64,000 bases of DNA, from the NCBI GenBank assembly GCA_046313055.1, contig JBKDDA010000052.1:4175-68174 (forward strand). Direction: 5' to 3'. Below the pieces are notes generated by a model. The model saw nothing but the letters and a program-made list of their open reading frames with translations, had not been told where the DNA came from and made no database searches. This DNA is from Synechococcaceae cyanobacterium. Lineage in GTDB: Bacteria; Cyanobacteriota; Cyanobacteriia; PCC-6307; Cyanobiaceae. Shown here one piece after another: positions 12,931 to 23,434 of this stretch (positions are counted from its first letter, which is position 1; every line of letters starts with the position of its first letter). The position numbers were made by a program, and so were the translations under genes.

Positions 12931-14927
12931 CACAGCCCGCGGGGGATAGGCCCCCCCTGCTGCGGGACCCGGAGCGATTGCGGGTCCGCCTTGCGGACCT
13001 GCCATCGGATCCGGGCTGCTATCTGCTGCGCGATCGCGACGACCGAATTCTCTACATCGGCAAGGCGAAGGTGCTGCGCCACCGAGTGCGCAGCTACTTC
13101 CAGAGCGGGGCCGGCCACGGCCATTCTCCCCGCATCGCCCTGATGGTGCGCCAGGTCTGTGAGATCGAATTCATTGTCACCGACAGTGAAGCCGAAGCGC
13201 TGGTTCTTGAATCCAACCTGATCAAGACCCACCAGCCGCACTTCAATGTGCTGCTCAAGGATGACAAGAAATATCCCTATTTGTGCATCACCTGGAGTGA
13301 AGACTACCCACGGATATTCATCACCCGCAGGCGGCGACTGCGATCTCCGCTCGATCGCTTCTACGGACCGTATGTGGACGTGGGGCTGTTGCGACGCACC
13401 CTGGGCCTGGTCAAGCGGGTGTTTCCCCTGCGCCAGCGGCCCCAGCCGCTCTACCGGGATCGGACCTGCCTGAACTACGACATCGGCCGCTGTCCGGGCG
13501 TGTGCCAGCAGAAAATCAGCTCAGACGACTACCACCGCACCCTGCGGCAGGTGGCGATGGTGTTTCAGGGGCGCAACGACGAGCTGCTGCAGTTGCTGCA
13601 GCAGAAGATGGCCGCCTGTGCCGAGCGCCTTGACTACGAGGCGGCGGCCCGGGTGCGGGACCAGATTCAGGGACTGGATGCCCTCACCGCCGACCAGAAG
13701 ATGAGCCTGGGTGACGGCACCGTCAGCCGCGACGTGGTCGCCCTGGCGGCCGATGACCGGGTGGCGGCGGTTCAGGTGTTTCAGATGCGGGCCGGCAAGC
13801 TGGTGGGGCGGCTCGGTTACATGGCCGACAGCCGCACCGCCGCCGGCGACCCCCTGGCACCGGAGCGGATTCTGCAGCGGGTGATCGAGGAGCATTACAG
13901 CCAGCTGGAACCGGTGGAGATTCCACCGGAACTGCTGCTGCAGCACCCGCTGCCCCAGCAGGAGCTGATCGGTGAATGGTTGAGCGAGCAGCGCGGCCGC
14001 AGGGTCAGGCTGGCCGTGCCCCGGCGTCAGCAGAAGGCCGATCTGATCGAGCTGGTGGTCCGCAATGCCGGCTTTGAATTGCAGCGGGCCCAGCGGGGAG
14101 CGGAACAGCAGCTGCTGGCCACCGAGGATCTGGCCCAGCTGCTGGAGCTGGGCCAGCCGCCCCGCCGCATCGAGGGCTACGACATCAGCCACATCCAGGG
14201 CAGCGATGCGGTCGCTTCCCAGGTGGTTTTCGTGGATGGACTGCCGGCTCGCCAGCACTACCGCCGCTACCGGATCCGCAGCAGCTCGATCCGCGCCGGC
14301 CATTCCGATGATTTCATGGCCATGGCGGAAATCATGCGTCGCCGCTTTCGCCGCTGGGCCCAGGCCAAGGCCGGGGGGGCAGACCTGGCCCAGCTGCGCC
14401 GTGCCGCCGACACGGCCCTGCACACCGGCGGGCTGAACGACTGGCCCGATGTGGTGATGATTGATGGGGGCAAGGGTCAGCTGTCGGCGGTGATGGAAGC
14501 CCTGCGTGAACTGGATCTGCATGAAGATCTGGTGGTGTGCTCCCTCGCCAAGCAGCGGGAGGAGGTGTTTCTGCCAGGGGCGAAGCAACCGATCGACAGC
14601 GAACCCGACCAGCTCGGTGTGCAACTGCTGCGGCGCCTGCGGGACGAAGCCCATCGCTTTGCCCTCGCCTATCACCGCCAGCAGCGGGGCGAGCGGATGA
14701 AGCGCTCCCGCCTGGGCGACATACCCGGTCTCGGTCCGAAACGGGTGAAGGATCTGCTGGCCCATTTCCGATCGATCGACGCCATCCAGCTGGCCAGTCC
14801 CGAGCAGATCGCCGCAGCCCCTGGCATGGGTCCCGCCCTGGCCCGGCAGGTGTGGGACTACTTCCACCCGCAGAACGACGGCGCCGAGGATGATGGGGAG
14901 CCTGTGCCCACGGAGCTGGCCGGTTGA
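12927..14927 (+). CDS. uvrC: Excinuclease ABC subunit C
   Basis: Has a GIY-YIG block ([24 protein letters not shown]), a UVR domain, and a C-terminal RNase H-like plus (HhH)2 layout. 666 aa. The TTG start overlaps the upstream stop. Confidence 0.95.
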   Translation: MTQPAGDRPPLLRDPERLRVRLADLPSDPGCYLLRDRDDRILYIGKAKVLRHRVRSYFQSGAGHGHSPRIALMVRQVCEIEFIVTDSEAEALVLESNLIKTHQPHFNVLLKDDKKYPYLCITWSEDYPRIFITRRRRLRSPLDRFYGPYVDVGLLRRTLGLVKRVFPLRQRPQPLYRDRTCLNYDIGRCPGVCQQKISSDDYHRTLRQVAMVFQGRNDELLQLLQQKMAACAERLDYEAAARVRDQIQGLDALTADQKMSLGDGTVSRDVVALAADDRVAAVQVFQMRAGKLVGRLGYMADSRTAAGDPLAPERILQRVIEEHYSQLEPVEIPPELLLQHPLPQQELIGEWLSEQRGRRVRLAVPRRQQKADLIELVVRNAGFELQRAQRGAEQQLLATEDLAQLLELGQPPRRIEGYDISHIQGSDAVASQVVFVDGLPARQHYRRYRIRSSSIRAGHSDDFMAMAEIMRRRFRRWAQAKAGGADLAQLRRAADTALHTGGLNDWPDVVMIDGGKGQLSAVMEALRELDLHEDLVVCSLAKQREEVFLPGAKQPIDSEPDQLGVQLLRRLRDEAHRFALAYHRQQRGERMKRSRLGDIPGLGPKRVKDLLAHFRSIDAIQLASPEQIAAAPGMGPALARQVWDYFHPQNDGAEDDGEPVPTELAG

Positions 14928-15268
14928 GGTTGCCTTGTCCCCTGCTCCCAGTTCGCTGCCTGCTGATGACCAGGCTGCTGATGACCGGGCTGCTGCTGGC
15001 CGTCCTGGTGCTGAGCCAGCCGCCGCTGGTTGCCGCTGCTGCTCCGGGGCTGTGTGTGGGTCCGGTATGTGGCGATGAGATCACCCGCAGCGCCAAGCAC
15101 CACTGGCAGCTGCGCCTTCGCCTGAACGATCAGCTGGGGCATCGGGAGCGGCTGGTGGTCGACTGTCGCACCGGTTCCCTCAGCCCCCAGGCCGGGCCGG
15201 TGGAGCGGGGTTATGCCGCCGCCGTGGCCCGCCGGGCCTGCCGACTGGCCGGCGATGGCCGCCCATGA
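14924..15268 (+). CDS. Small hypothetical secreted protein with 4 Cys
   Basis: 114-aa ORF with a hydrophobic N-terminus ([23 protein letters not shown]). It is wedged between uvrC (4-nt overlap) and the photolyase-like gene (7-nt gap). No family was recognised. Confidence 0.35.
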   Translation: MRLPCPLLPVRCLLMTRLLMTGLLLAVLVLSQPPLVAAAAPGLCVGPVCGDEITRSAKHHWQLRLRLNDQLGHRERLVVDCRTGSLSPQAGPVERGYAAAVARRACRLAGDGRP

Positions 15269-15275
15269 GCGAGCC

Positions 15276-16832
15276 ATGAGACCCGGGGTCTGGCTGCTGG
15301 GTGACCAGCTCTCCCAGGATCACGCTGCCCTGCGGCACCTTGAGCACCAGCTGGGGGCCGAGCAGGCACGACAGCTGGTACGGGTCGTGATGATCGAGAG
15401 CCATGCACTGGCGACCCGGCGCGCCTGCCATCGCCAGAAGCTGGTGCTGGTGTGGAGTGCCATGCGCCATTTCGCCACTGAGCTGCGCAGGAGCGGCTGG
15501 CAGGTGGCCTATCTGGAGGCCGACACCGTTGCTGGGGCCCTGCAGCCGTGGATCGCCCGTGAGGGCATCGCTGAGCTGCACCTGATGGAGCCCGCTGAGC
15601 GGCCCTTCCGTGAGGCGATCAGCCGGCTGGTGCTGGCGATTCCGCTGGTGTGGCATGGATCCAACGCCTTTCTCTGGAGCCGCGATGAATTCGCCGCCTG
15701 GGCCAGTCCCTACCGCCAGCTGCGGATGGAGCTGTTCTATCGCGAGGGCCGGCGACGCTTCGCGGTGCTGATGGGGGCTGACGGTGACCCCCTGGGTGGT
15801 CGCTGGAACTACGACCAGGACAACCGCAAGCCGCCACCCCGCGGGTTGGAGGGGCCGCCGCCCCTGCGCTTTGAAGCCGATACGGTCACCCGTGCCGTGA
15901 TCGCCAAGGTGGATCAGCTCACGGAGCCTGTATTGCCCGGTCGCAGTGCGCCCTTTGACTGGGCCGTGACCCGCCGCCAGGCATGGGCGGCCCTGGAGGC
16001 GTTCATCGCCACCCGACTCGATGGCTTCGGCCCGTACCAGGACGCCATGGTGGCGGGTCAGCCGACTCTCTGGCATGCCCTGCTGTCGCCGTACCTGAAC
16101 CTGGGCCTGCTCCATCCACTGGAGGTGATCCGCCGACTGGAGCAGGCGGGGCTGGAGCGGCCCACGCCCCTGGCCTGTCTGGAGGGTGTGATCCGCCAGA
16201 TCCTCGGTTGGCGCGAGTACACCCATGGCCTCTACTGGTGGTTCGGCCCCGACTATCCGGGCCGCAACCATTTCGCCGCCCGGCGGCCCCTGCCCCCATG
16301 GCTGGAGCAGCTCGGTGGCAGTGGTATGGCCTGCATGGACACGGTGCTGGCCGAACTGGCGGCCACCGGTTACGCGCACCACATCCAACGCCTGATGGTG
16401 CTGGCCAACTACGGCCTGATCGCCGGTCTTGACCCCCAGGCCCTGACCGCCTGGTTCCACCGGATGTTCATCGACGGCTACGACTGGGTGATGCAGACCA
16501 ACGTGATCGGCATGGGCCTGTTCGCCGACGGCGGTCTGCTGGCCAGCAAGCCCTATGCCGCCAGTGGCAGTTACATCAACCGCATGAGCAACTACTGCAA
16601 AGGCTGTCGCCATGATCCCCGGCAGCGGAGCGGACCCCAGGCCTGCCCTTTCAATGCCCTGTACTGGGATTTTCTGGCCCGCCACCACGACAGCCTGGCG
16701 CGCAACCCGCGGATGAGCCTGATGATCCGCCAGCTGGAGAAGCTGCCGGAGCCGGAGCTTGCCGCGATCCGAACCACGGCCCAGGCCCACCTGGCCGAGG
16801 TCGAACCCCCACCCCCTAGCCTGAACCTCTGA
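15276..16832 (+). CDS. Cryptochrome/photolyase-family protein of the Fe-S (FeS-BCP / PhrB-like) type
   Basis: ATG at 15276 (MRPGVWLLGDQLS...). Layout resembles the deoxyribodipyrimidine photolyase-related proteins. The C-terminal CKGC-x12-C (CKGCRHDPRQRSGPQAC) fits the Fe-S cluster ligand spacing of prokaryotic (6-4) photolyases. Confidence 0.85.
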   Translation: MRPGVWLLGDQLSQDHAALRHLEHQLGAEQARQLVRVVMIESHALATRRACHRQKLVLVWSAMRHFATELRRSGWQVAYLEADTVAGALQPWIAREGIAELHLMEPAERPFREAISRLVLAIPLVWHGSNAFLWSRDEFAAWASPYRQLRMELFYREGRRRFAVLMGADGDPLGGRWNYDQDNRKPPPRGLEGPPPLRFEADTVTRAVIAKVDQLTEPVLPGRSAPFDWAVTRRQAWAALEAFIATRLDGFGPYQDAMVAGQPTLWHALLSPYLNLGLLHPLEVIRRLEQAGLERPTPLACLEGVIRQILGWREYTHGLYWWFGPDYPGRNHFAARRPLPPWLEQLGGSGMACMDTVLAELAATGYAHHIQRLMVLANYGLIAGLDPQALTAWFHRMFIDGYDWVMQTNVIGMGLFADGGLLASKPYAASGSYINRMSNYCKGCRHDPRQRSGPQACPFNALYWDFLARHHDSLARNPRMSLMIRQLEKLPEPELAAIRTTAQAHLAEVEPPPPSLNL

Positions 16833-16849
16833 GCAGTGCTGACCGACTG

Positions 16850-17455
16850 GTGTTGTTCGCCTTCACCTGGCCGCCCGAGGCCTATCTCTGGTTCAAGACC
16901 CTGCACATTGTGGGGGTGGTGGTCTGGTTCGCCGGACTGTTCTATCTGGTGCGGCTGTTCATCTACCACCGTGAGGCCGAGGCGCTCGAGCCGCCCTTGC
17001 GCCAGGCCTTTGAGAGCCAGTACGGCCTGATGGAACGGCGCCTGGCCAACATCATCACCACCCCAGGCATGGTGGTGGCCGTGGGCTGTGCCGCCGGTCT
17101 GCTCAGCGTGCAACCCCTGTGGCTGCAGCAGGGGTGGATGCACGCCAAGCTGGGGTTTGTGGCAGCTCTGCTGCTGTACCACTGGTTCTGTTACCGGCTG
17201 ATGGGCCAGCTGCACCGCGGCACCTGTGGCTGGAGCGGCCGCCAGCTGCGGGCCCTCAACGAACTGCCCACCCTGTTGCTGGTGGTTGTGGTGATGCTGG
17301 TGGTTTTCAAGGATCGATTCCCCACCGGTGCCGCCAGCTGGTTCATCGTGGCGCTGGTGCTGCTGATGGCTGCCACGATCCAGTTCTATGCCCGCTGGCG
17401 GCGGCTGCGGGCCGAGCGGGCGGCGGCTGCGGAGGGTGGTGGTGCTGCGGCCTGA
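16850..17455 (+). CDS. hemJ: Protoporphyrinogen IX oxidase, HemJ type
   Basis: YLWFKTLHIVGVVVWFAGLFYLVRLFIYH and four or five TM helices are characteristic of HemJ (UPF0093). Confidence 0.85.
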   Translation: MLFAFTWPPEAYLWFKTLHIVGVVVWFAGLFYLVRLFIYHREAEALEPPLRQAFESQYGLMERRLANIITTPGMVVAVGCAAGLLSVQPLWLQQGWMHAKLGFVAALLLYHWFCYRLMGQLHRGTCGWSGRQLRALNELPTLLLVVVVMLVVFKDRFPTGAASWFIVALVLLMAATIQFYARWRRLRAERAAAAEGGGAAA

Positions 17456-18107
17456 GGCGATCGCCCATCCGCTGGCTGCCGTGCTGGCCCACGTGGGTCC
17501 CCTGAGCTGTCCGGGAACCCTCAACTTCCACTGCCACACCACCTGCAGCGACGGTTCCCTCCGCCCCCATGAGCTGGCCCGCCAGGCCGCCCGCCTGGGT
17601 CTGCAGCACCTGGCGATCACCGACCACCACAGCGAAGCGGGCTTCGAACCGGCCCGGCTGGCCCTGGCGAACCTGGCCGCCAGCGGCGTGCCGGTGCCCA
17701 CCCTCTGGCGTGGGGTGGAGATCAGCTGTCTGCTCGAAGGCTGTCTGGTGCATGTGCTCGGTCTCGGCTACGCGGCCGGCAACCCCGCCCTGGAGCCCTA
17801 TCTGCAGGGGCAGGCGGTGGTCGGCTCCTGCCTGCGGTCGGAGGCAGTGGTGGAGGCCATCCATGCCGCCGGTGGCCTGGCACTGCTCGCCCACCCCGCC
17901 CGCTACCGCCTGCCCCACCGGCGCCTGATCGCGGCCGCCGCCGCCCAGGGCTTCGACGGCGCCGAGGCCTGGTACGACTACAGCATGCATGGTGCCTGGG
18001 AAGCCACCCCCCACGTGTGTGCGGAGGTGGCGGGCGATCTTGCAAATCGTGGCCTTCTGGCCAGTTGTGGCACCGATACCCACGGACTGGAGCTCGATGG
18101 CCGCTAG
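17436..18107 (+). CDS. PHP-domain metal-dependent phosphoesterase
   Basis: Contains FHCHTTCSDGSL and AITDHH motifs of the PHP domain. The start is uncertain: in-frame GTGs at 17436-17442, while the listed ORF starts at 17388 inside hemJ. Confidence 0.75.
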   Translation: MVVLRPEAIAHPLAAVLAHVGPLSCPGTLNFHCHTTCSDGSLRPHELARQAARLGLQHLAITDHHSEAGFEPARLALANLAASGVPVPTLWRGVEISCLLEGCLVHVLGLGYAAGNPALEPYLQGQAVVGSCLRSEAVVEAIHAAGGLALLAHPARYRLPHRRLIAAAAAQGFDGAEAWYDYSMHGAWEATPHVCAEVAGDLANRGLLASCGTDTHGLELDGR

Positions 18108-18135
18108 GGTTTGGTGACATTCCCCAGTTGGCTCG

Positions 18136-18693
18136 ATGGGTCTGTTCGATCGCCTGCGCGGCAACGCTGCCAACAACGACAAGGAGGGGCCCAAGGTCGC
18201 CGGCAGCGCGGCTGAGGCCAACCCGAAGAAGAAGGACAATGCCTTCTTTCTCGACGCTGATTCCTCCAGCACCCTGGGCAACGTCAATTTCATGCGGCGG
18301 CCCAACACCATCCGCCACACCTTTCCCGGCAACGCCGACAACCCGGGCGACAAGGAGCTGGTGCAGGAGGTGGCCTCAATGGAGGCCAGCACCAGCAAGG
18401 TGTCTGAAGGGCTGCCCGGTGCCCCCAGCCGCGACACCGCCGCCATTGACCTCACCGGTGGCATTCCCACGCCGGTCAAGAAAACCTTCGCCGAGCGCAT
18501 GAGCCCGGCCGACCTGCAGCAGCGACTCAAGGGTGCAGCCGTGAGTGGGGTGAACACCCCCGGAGCATCAGCGACTTCAGGCCGAGGGGCCGCCAGCGGT
18601 TCGGGTGATCAGCCTTCGATCACCCAGCAGTCGAGCGGCAAGGCCGGTGCGATCGACCCCTTCAAGCAGATGGTGAAGGATCTCACCGGCTGA
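18136..18693 (+). CDS. Hypothetical protein, low-complexity and probably disordered
   Basis: 185-aa ORF rich in Gly/Ser/Ala/Pro/Lys, with good codon bias. No motif was recognised. Confidence 0.5.
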   Translation: MGLFDRLRGNAANNDKEGPKVAGSAAEANPKKKDNAFFLDADSSSTLGNVNFMRRPNTIRHTFPGNADNPGDKELVQEVASMEASTSKVSEGLPGAPSRDTAAIDLTGGIPTPVKKTFAERMSPADLQQRLKGAAVSGVNTPGASATSGRGAASGSGDQPSITQQSSGKAGAIDPFKQMVKDLTG

Positions 18694-18739
18694 TGACGAG
18701 CGGTCCGGTCATCGGTTGCCGGAGCCGCTTCGGCCGGAC

Positions 18740-21700
18740 CTATCCCGACTCAATCAGGCCCTCGCTCTCCAGCACCAGCTGTCGGAGGGCCGAAAGCTCC
18801 TGGTCATGCGCCCCTTGCCACAGCCCCCGGTTGTGAGCTTCCAGCAGCCGTTCGGCCATGTCGCGCAGGGCCCAGGGGTTGCTGCGGCGTAGAAATGCCT
18901 GCACATCAGGTTCCTGCAGCCAGGCCTGGCACAGGGCCCCGTAGGTCCAGTCCGGAACACGGCCGGTGCTGGCGTCGTAGGCAAACAGATAGTCCAGGCT
19001 GGCGGCCAGTTCGAAACCACCCTTGTAACCGTGGGCCATCATTCCGCTGATCCAGCGTGGGTTGAGCAGCCGCGAGCGCACCACCTTGTCGAGTTCGCGC
19101 TCCAGGCGATGCATCCGCGGGCGGCTGCTGCGCGAATGGTCCCCGAACCACACCTGGGGTCGCTGACCACTCAGCGCCTCCACCGCCGCGCTCAGGCCCC
19201 CCTGGAACTGGTAGTAGTCGTCTGAATCAAGCAGGTCGTGCTCCCGGTTGTCCTGGTTGTGCAGCACCACCTGCACCGCCGCCAGTCGGCGCTCCAGGCC
19301 GGCCCGATCGGCCTCCGCCTCACAGCCCCCGTCACCCTGGTCGCTGTATCGCCAGGCGCTCCACTGGAGAAACGCCTCGGCCAGGTCACCGCGGTCCTGC
19401 CAGTGGCCGCTGTCGATCAACCCCTGAAGGCCTGCCCCATAGGCCCCGGGGGCAGACCCATAGACCCTGGCGGCACCATCGCCGGCACGGCAGGAGGCCG
19501 CCAACGGGTTGTCCTCTGCGGTTTCATCGAGGGCGGCCACCCGTCGGCAGGCACGGTCGAACCAGCAGACCAGCTGGGGGAAGGCATCACGGAACAGTCC
19601 GGAGATCCGCAGGGTCACATCCACCCGGGGGCGCCCCAGCTGCCGCAGCGTCAGCACCTCCAGGTCCACCATGCGCCGGGTCGGGCCGTCCCAGCAGGGG
19701 CGAACCCCCATCAGGGCAAGCGCCTGCGCCAGATCCTCGCCACCGTTGCGCATGGTGGCCGTGCCCCAGACCGACAGGGCCAGCTGGCGCAGCGGTTCCC
19801 CCTCCTCCTGCAGATAGGTCTCCAGCAGCAGTTCGGCGCTGCGGTGACCCAGGTCCCAGGCTGCTTCGGTGGGCAGTCCGCGCAGATCCACGCTGTAAAA
19901 GTTGCGACCTGTGGGCAGCACGTCCGGCCGGCCACGGGTGGGGGCGCCCGAGGGACCGGCCGCGATGCGCTCCCCCGCCAGTCCCTGGATCAGGGCCCGT
20001 CGTTCCGCGTCGGGGCATGCCAGCAGCCGAGGCATCAGATCGTGGCGCAGATGGCCCAGCAGCACCCGGGTGCGCTCGCCGGTGGTCGGCGGTGGGGTAC
20101 CGCTCAGCAGGGCCTGCACCAGCTCCAGGGCCAGGGCCTCGAGCCAGGCCACCACATCCCCCACCCGCCGGGGGAGCGGCATCTCCGCCCCTTGCCAGGG
20201 GCTGGAGCGTGCCGCCTGCACGCAGGCGAGCCGTTCGTCGTCGTCCAGCAGGCGGCCCTCCTCCTCCGTCCAGGGGTCCACCGGCATGGCCAGGTCGAGG
20301 GCCAGGGCCTGGGTGAGGCCCGGCCGGTCCATGGCCGGGGCCCGGGCCAGGGCCAGAAGCAGTTCCGCCAGCGGCTCCGGGGCTGGCAGCTTGCCGTAGG
20401 TGTGCAGACCCAACCGGATCTGGGCCTCCTTGAGCTCGCAGAGGTAGCTGTCAGCGGCATCGAGTCTCTCCTCCAGCGGATCCCGTTCCTGCAGACCCGG
20501 CAGTTGCAGCCCGGCCAGCAGGGGCTCCAGCCGCTGGCGCAGCAGCCCGGCCCGTTCACCACCCATCTGTCGGGCACTGTCGTATTCATCAAGCAGGGCC
20601 TCCAGTGTCTGCAGATCACCGTGGAGTCCGGCCCGGCCCAGGGGCGGGGTGAGGTGGTCGAGAATCACCGCCTGGGCCCGGCGCTTGGCCTGGGATCCCT
20701 CGCCGGGGTCATTGACGATGAACGGATACAGATGGGGAAGCGGGCCCAGGGCCCATTCTGGAAAACAGACGTCTGACAGGCCCAGCCCCTTACCCGGCAG
20801 CCACTCCAGGTTGCCGTGCTTGCCGATGTGCACCACAGCCTGGGCAGCGAAGGTCTGCCGGAGCCACAGGTACTGGGCCAGGTAGGCGTGGGTGGGTGGC
20901 AGGTCCGGAGAGTGGTAGCTGAGGCTGGGATCGCGGTCGTAGCCCCGTTCCGGCTGGATCAGCAGGCACACGTTGCCGAACGACAGCCCCCGCACGGGAA
21001 AGGCTGCGCTGCCCCGCCAGGATTCCAGGCCCGGGTCTGTGGCCGGAGCTCCCCAGACTGCCTCCAGCCGTTGACGACCCGCCGCCGGCAGTCGCTCATA
21101 CCAGAGCGAATAGGTCTCCAGGCTGATGTGGTCCAGGGGGGGGCGGTGATCGTTTTCGCCCGCGTTCGTGCGGCCACGCACCAGGTGTGCGATCAGGGCA
21201 TCGCCATCCGCCGGCAGGGGCCCCTCCACGGTGTACCCCGCAGCGGCCAGCCACTGGAGCATCAGAACGGCACTGGCGGGGGTGTCCAGACCCACCCCGT
21301 TGGCCAGGCGGCTGTTGCGGGTGGGGTAATTGGCCAGCACCAGGGCCAGGCGCCGCTGATCGGCAGCGGTCTGGCGCAGCTCCACCCAGCGGCCGCAGAG
21401 CTCGCCCACCCAGTCGAGACGATCGGGATCAGGCCTCAGCTGCTGGAGGGCACAGGCCAGCCGGTCGCTGGTGCCGACCACTTCCTTGAAGGCACCCACG
21501 CGTGTGGTGATCCGGCCGTCGAGTTCTGGCAGGGCCACCTGCAGGCTGAGATCCAGGGGCCCCAGGCCGACGCTGCTCGCCTGCCAGGCAGCGCGGCTGC
21601 GGCCACTGCAGAGCACCTGCAGCACCGGCACACCCAGGTGCTCCCACAGGGGGGCACCCAGGCCGGCCTCATCGAATGCCACCGAAGCGAAGGCCGTGGT

Positions 21701-22462
21701 GCACAGCACGGCCTGCACCCGTTCGCGGGCCAGCAGGTCAGCCACCCCCCGCTGCACTGCCGCTTCGCGCAGGCCGCTCACCCAGAGGGCCCGGGGCGCC
21801 AGGCCCTGGCGCCTCAGGCTGGCCAGCAGGGCCTCGGCGAGGGCCCGGTCTCCCGATTGGAGCAGGGACCGGTAGAGAATCACACCGACCCGTGAACCCG
21901 GCTCCTCGCGCCAGTCGAACGGATGGGGATCGCCGAGTGGTCGGGCCACGGGTGGTTGCACGGGCCGTTGGGCCAGCAGCTCGGCCACGGCCGCAAGCAC
22001 CAGGCGCAGGTTGGCCGGCCCGCCCTCCCGCAGGCAGCGGGCCAGCGCCATCGCCAGCTCGGCTGGCACCGTGCCGAGCCCGGCCAGGTTCTCCTCCTCA
22101 TCGCGCGTGCCGGCCAGCAGCAGCAGCTGGCGACCATGCGCTGCCAGGGCCCACTGGCGCACCTGTTCAATGCCGTAGCTCCAGTGGCCGCGACCGCCGA
22201 GCAGGCGCACGATCAGCACCCGGGTCTGCCCCAGGGAACTGTTGAGGTAGTGATCGATGTGGGCAGGGTGCTGCAGCGCCCCGAGGTTGAGGCCGCGCAG
22301 CTCGACCGGCAGCAGCCCGGGTTCCGCCGTCAGCAGTGCGGCGAAGGCCACCAGGTCGGTGTCGGCGCTGCTGAGCAGCACCACCGGAGCGGGTGGCTGC
22401 TCGATCCATGGGCCCGGTTCATCCCCGCTGGGGGGGCCAGGTATCGCGGCCAGTCGGTGCAT
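18740..22462 (-). CDS. cobN: Cobaltochelatase subunit CobN
   Basis: About 1240 aa of the CobN/Mg-chelatase H family (for example HIGKHGNLEWLPGK and LDHLTPP blocks). The likely start is the ATG at 22462 (MHRLAAIPGP...). Confidence 0.93.
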   Translation of the reverse strand: MHRLAAIPGPPSGDEPGPWIEQPPAPVVLLSSADTDLVAFAALLTAEPGLLPVELRGLNLGALQHPAHIDHYLNSSLGQTRVLIVRLLGGRGHWSYGIEQVRQWALAAHGRQLLLLAGTRDEEENLAGLGTVPAELAMALARCLREGGPANLRLVLAAVAELLAQRPVQPPVARPLGDPHPFDWREEPGSRVGVILYRSLLQSGDRALAEALLASLRRQGLAPRALWVSGLREAAVQRGVADLLARERVQAVLCTTAFASVAFDEAGLGAPLWEHLGVPVLQVLCSGRSRAAWQASSVGLGPLDLSLQVALPELDGRITTRVGAFKEVVGTSDRLACALQQLRPDPDRLDWVGELCGRWVELRQTAADQRRLALVLANYPTRNSRLANGVGLDTPASAVLMLQWLAAAGYTVEGPLPADGDALIAHLVRGRTNAGENDHRPPLDHISLETYSLWYERLPAAGRQRLEAVWGAPATDPGLESWRGSAAFPVRGLSFGNVCLLIQPERGYDRDPSLSYHSPDLPPTHAYLAQYLWLRQTFAAQAVVHIGKHGNLEWLPGKGLGLSDVCFPEWALGPLPHLYPFIVNDPGEGSQAKRRAQAVILDHLTPPLGRAGLHGDLQTLEALLDEYDSARQMGGERAGLLRQRLEPLLAGLQLPGLQERDPLEERLDAADSYLCELKEAQIRLGLHTYGKLPAPEPLAELLLALARAPAMDRPGLTQALALDLAMPVDPWTEEEGRLLDDDERLACVQAARSSPWQGAEMPLPRRVGDVVAWLEALALELVQALLSGTPPPTTGERTRVLLGHLRHDLMPRLLACPDAERRALIQGLAGERIAAGPSGAPTRGRPDVLPTGRNFYSVDLRGLPTEAAWDLGHRSAELLLETYLQEEGEPLRQLALSVWGTATMRNGGEDLAQALALMGVRPCWDGPTRRMVDLEVLTLRQLGRPRVDVTLRISGLFRDAFPQLVCWFDRACRRVAALDETAEDNPLAASCRAGDGAARVYGSAPGAYGAGLQGLIDSGHWQDRGDLAEAFLQWSAWRYSDQGDGGCEAEADRAGLERRLAAVQVVLHNQDNREHDLLDSDDYYQFQGGLSAAVEALSGQRPQVWFGDHSRSSRPRMHRLERELDKVVRSRLLNPRWISGMMAHGYKGGFELAASLDYLFAYDASTGRVPDWTYGALCQAWLQEPDVQAFLRRSNPWALRDMAERLLEAHNRGLWQGAHDQELSALRQLVLESEGLIESG

Positions 22463-22514
22463 CACCCCATCCTGCGATGCGCAATGAGAAGATCGGGCTG
22501 TCGCCCAGTCCGCC

Positions 22515-23432
22515 ATGCACCAGTTCCTTCCCTTCGCCTGGTTCGGGGGCCGGTGTGTGCGCTTCGAGGAGGCCACCCTCTCGATCGCCACCCATGCCCT
22601 CCACTACGGCACCGGTGCCTTCGGTGGCATGCGGGCGATCCCCAACCCCCAGGATCCTGACGAGATCCTGCTGTTCCGGGCCGATCGCCATGCCCGCCGC
22701 CTCAGCCAGAGTGCCCGGCTGCTGCTGACTGACCTGGCGGAAGACACCATTCTGGCCGCGATCACGGAGATGCTGAAGGCCAACCGGCCCGCCACACCTG
22801 TTTACCTGCGGCCTTTCGTCTACACCAGCGACCTCGGCATCGCCCCACGGCTGCACAACATCCAGACCTCGTTCCTGATCTACGGCCTTGAGCTGGGCGA
22901 CTACCTGTCGCCCGAGGGGGTGAGCTGCCGGATCAGCTCCTGGACACGGCAGGAGGACCGCTCGTTGCCCCTGAGGGGCAAGATCAGCGGGGCATACATC
23001 ACCAGTTCTCTGGCCAAGACCGAAGCCGTGCAGAGCGGTTTCGACGAGGCGATCCTGATGAACAGCCGCGGCAAGGTGTGCGAGGCCAGTGGCATGAACC
23101 TGTTCATCGTGCGCGATGGCGTGCTGATCACCCCCGGAGTGGATCAGGACATCCTGGAGGGCATCACCCGGGCCAGTGTGATCGAGCTGGCCCGGGCCAT
23201 GGGCATGGAGGTGGTCGAAAGGCCGGTCGACAAGAGCGAGCTGTTCATCGCCGATGAGGTGTTCCTGAGCGGAACGGCGGCCAGGGTGACCCCGGTGGCG
23301 CGGCTGGAAAGCACCGAACTGGGCCGGGTCCGTCCGGTGATGGAACGGATCAGAGAGCGACTCACGGCGATCACGGAGGGGCGTGATCCCTCCTATGACC
23401 ACTGGGTGACGCGCATCCGACTCGACGCCTGA
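22515..23432 (+). CDS. ilvE: Branched-chain amino acid aminotransferase
   Basis: 305 aa with a class IV aminotransferase layout ([43 protein letters not shown]). Confidence 0.93.
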   Translation: MHQFLPFAWFGGRCVRFEEATLSIATHALHYGTGAFGGMRAIPNPQDPDEILLFRADRHARRLSQSARLLLTDLAEDTILAAITEMLKANRPATPVYLRPFVYTSDLGIAPRLHNIQTSFLIYGLELGDYLSPEGVSCRISSWTRQEDRSLPLRGKISGAYITSSLAKTEAVQSGFDEAILMNSRGKVCEASGMNLFIVRDGVLITPGVDQDILEGITRASVIELARAMGMEVVERPVDKSELFIADEVFLSGTAARVTPVARLESTELGRVRPVMERIRERLTAITEGRDPSYDHWVTRIRLDA

Positions 23433-23434
23433 GC

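Noticed and set aside
13521-14867. 448-aa minus-strand ORF opposite uvrC
   Set aside because: It is antisense to uvrC, whose GIY-YIG and HhH motifs are clear. The composition is Gly/Ala/Pro/Gln-rich with no recognisable motif.
15180-16790. 536-aa minus-strand ORF opposite the photolyase-like gene
   Set aside because: It is antisense to a gene with a clear photolyase-family layout and Fe-S cysteine spacing. No domain is recognisable.
19238-21895. 512-aa and 359-aa plus-strand ORFs inside cobN
   Set aside because: They are antisense to the 1240-aa CobN reading frame. They are low complexity and have no motifs.
22463-22514. Looked for a cobalamin riboswitch upstream of cobN (and near metH and cobU)
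   Set aside because: Only 52 nt separate cobN from the divergent ilvE, which is too short for a B12 element. I saw no B12-box-like sequence. metH and cobU start directly after the preceding genes.
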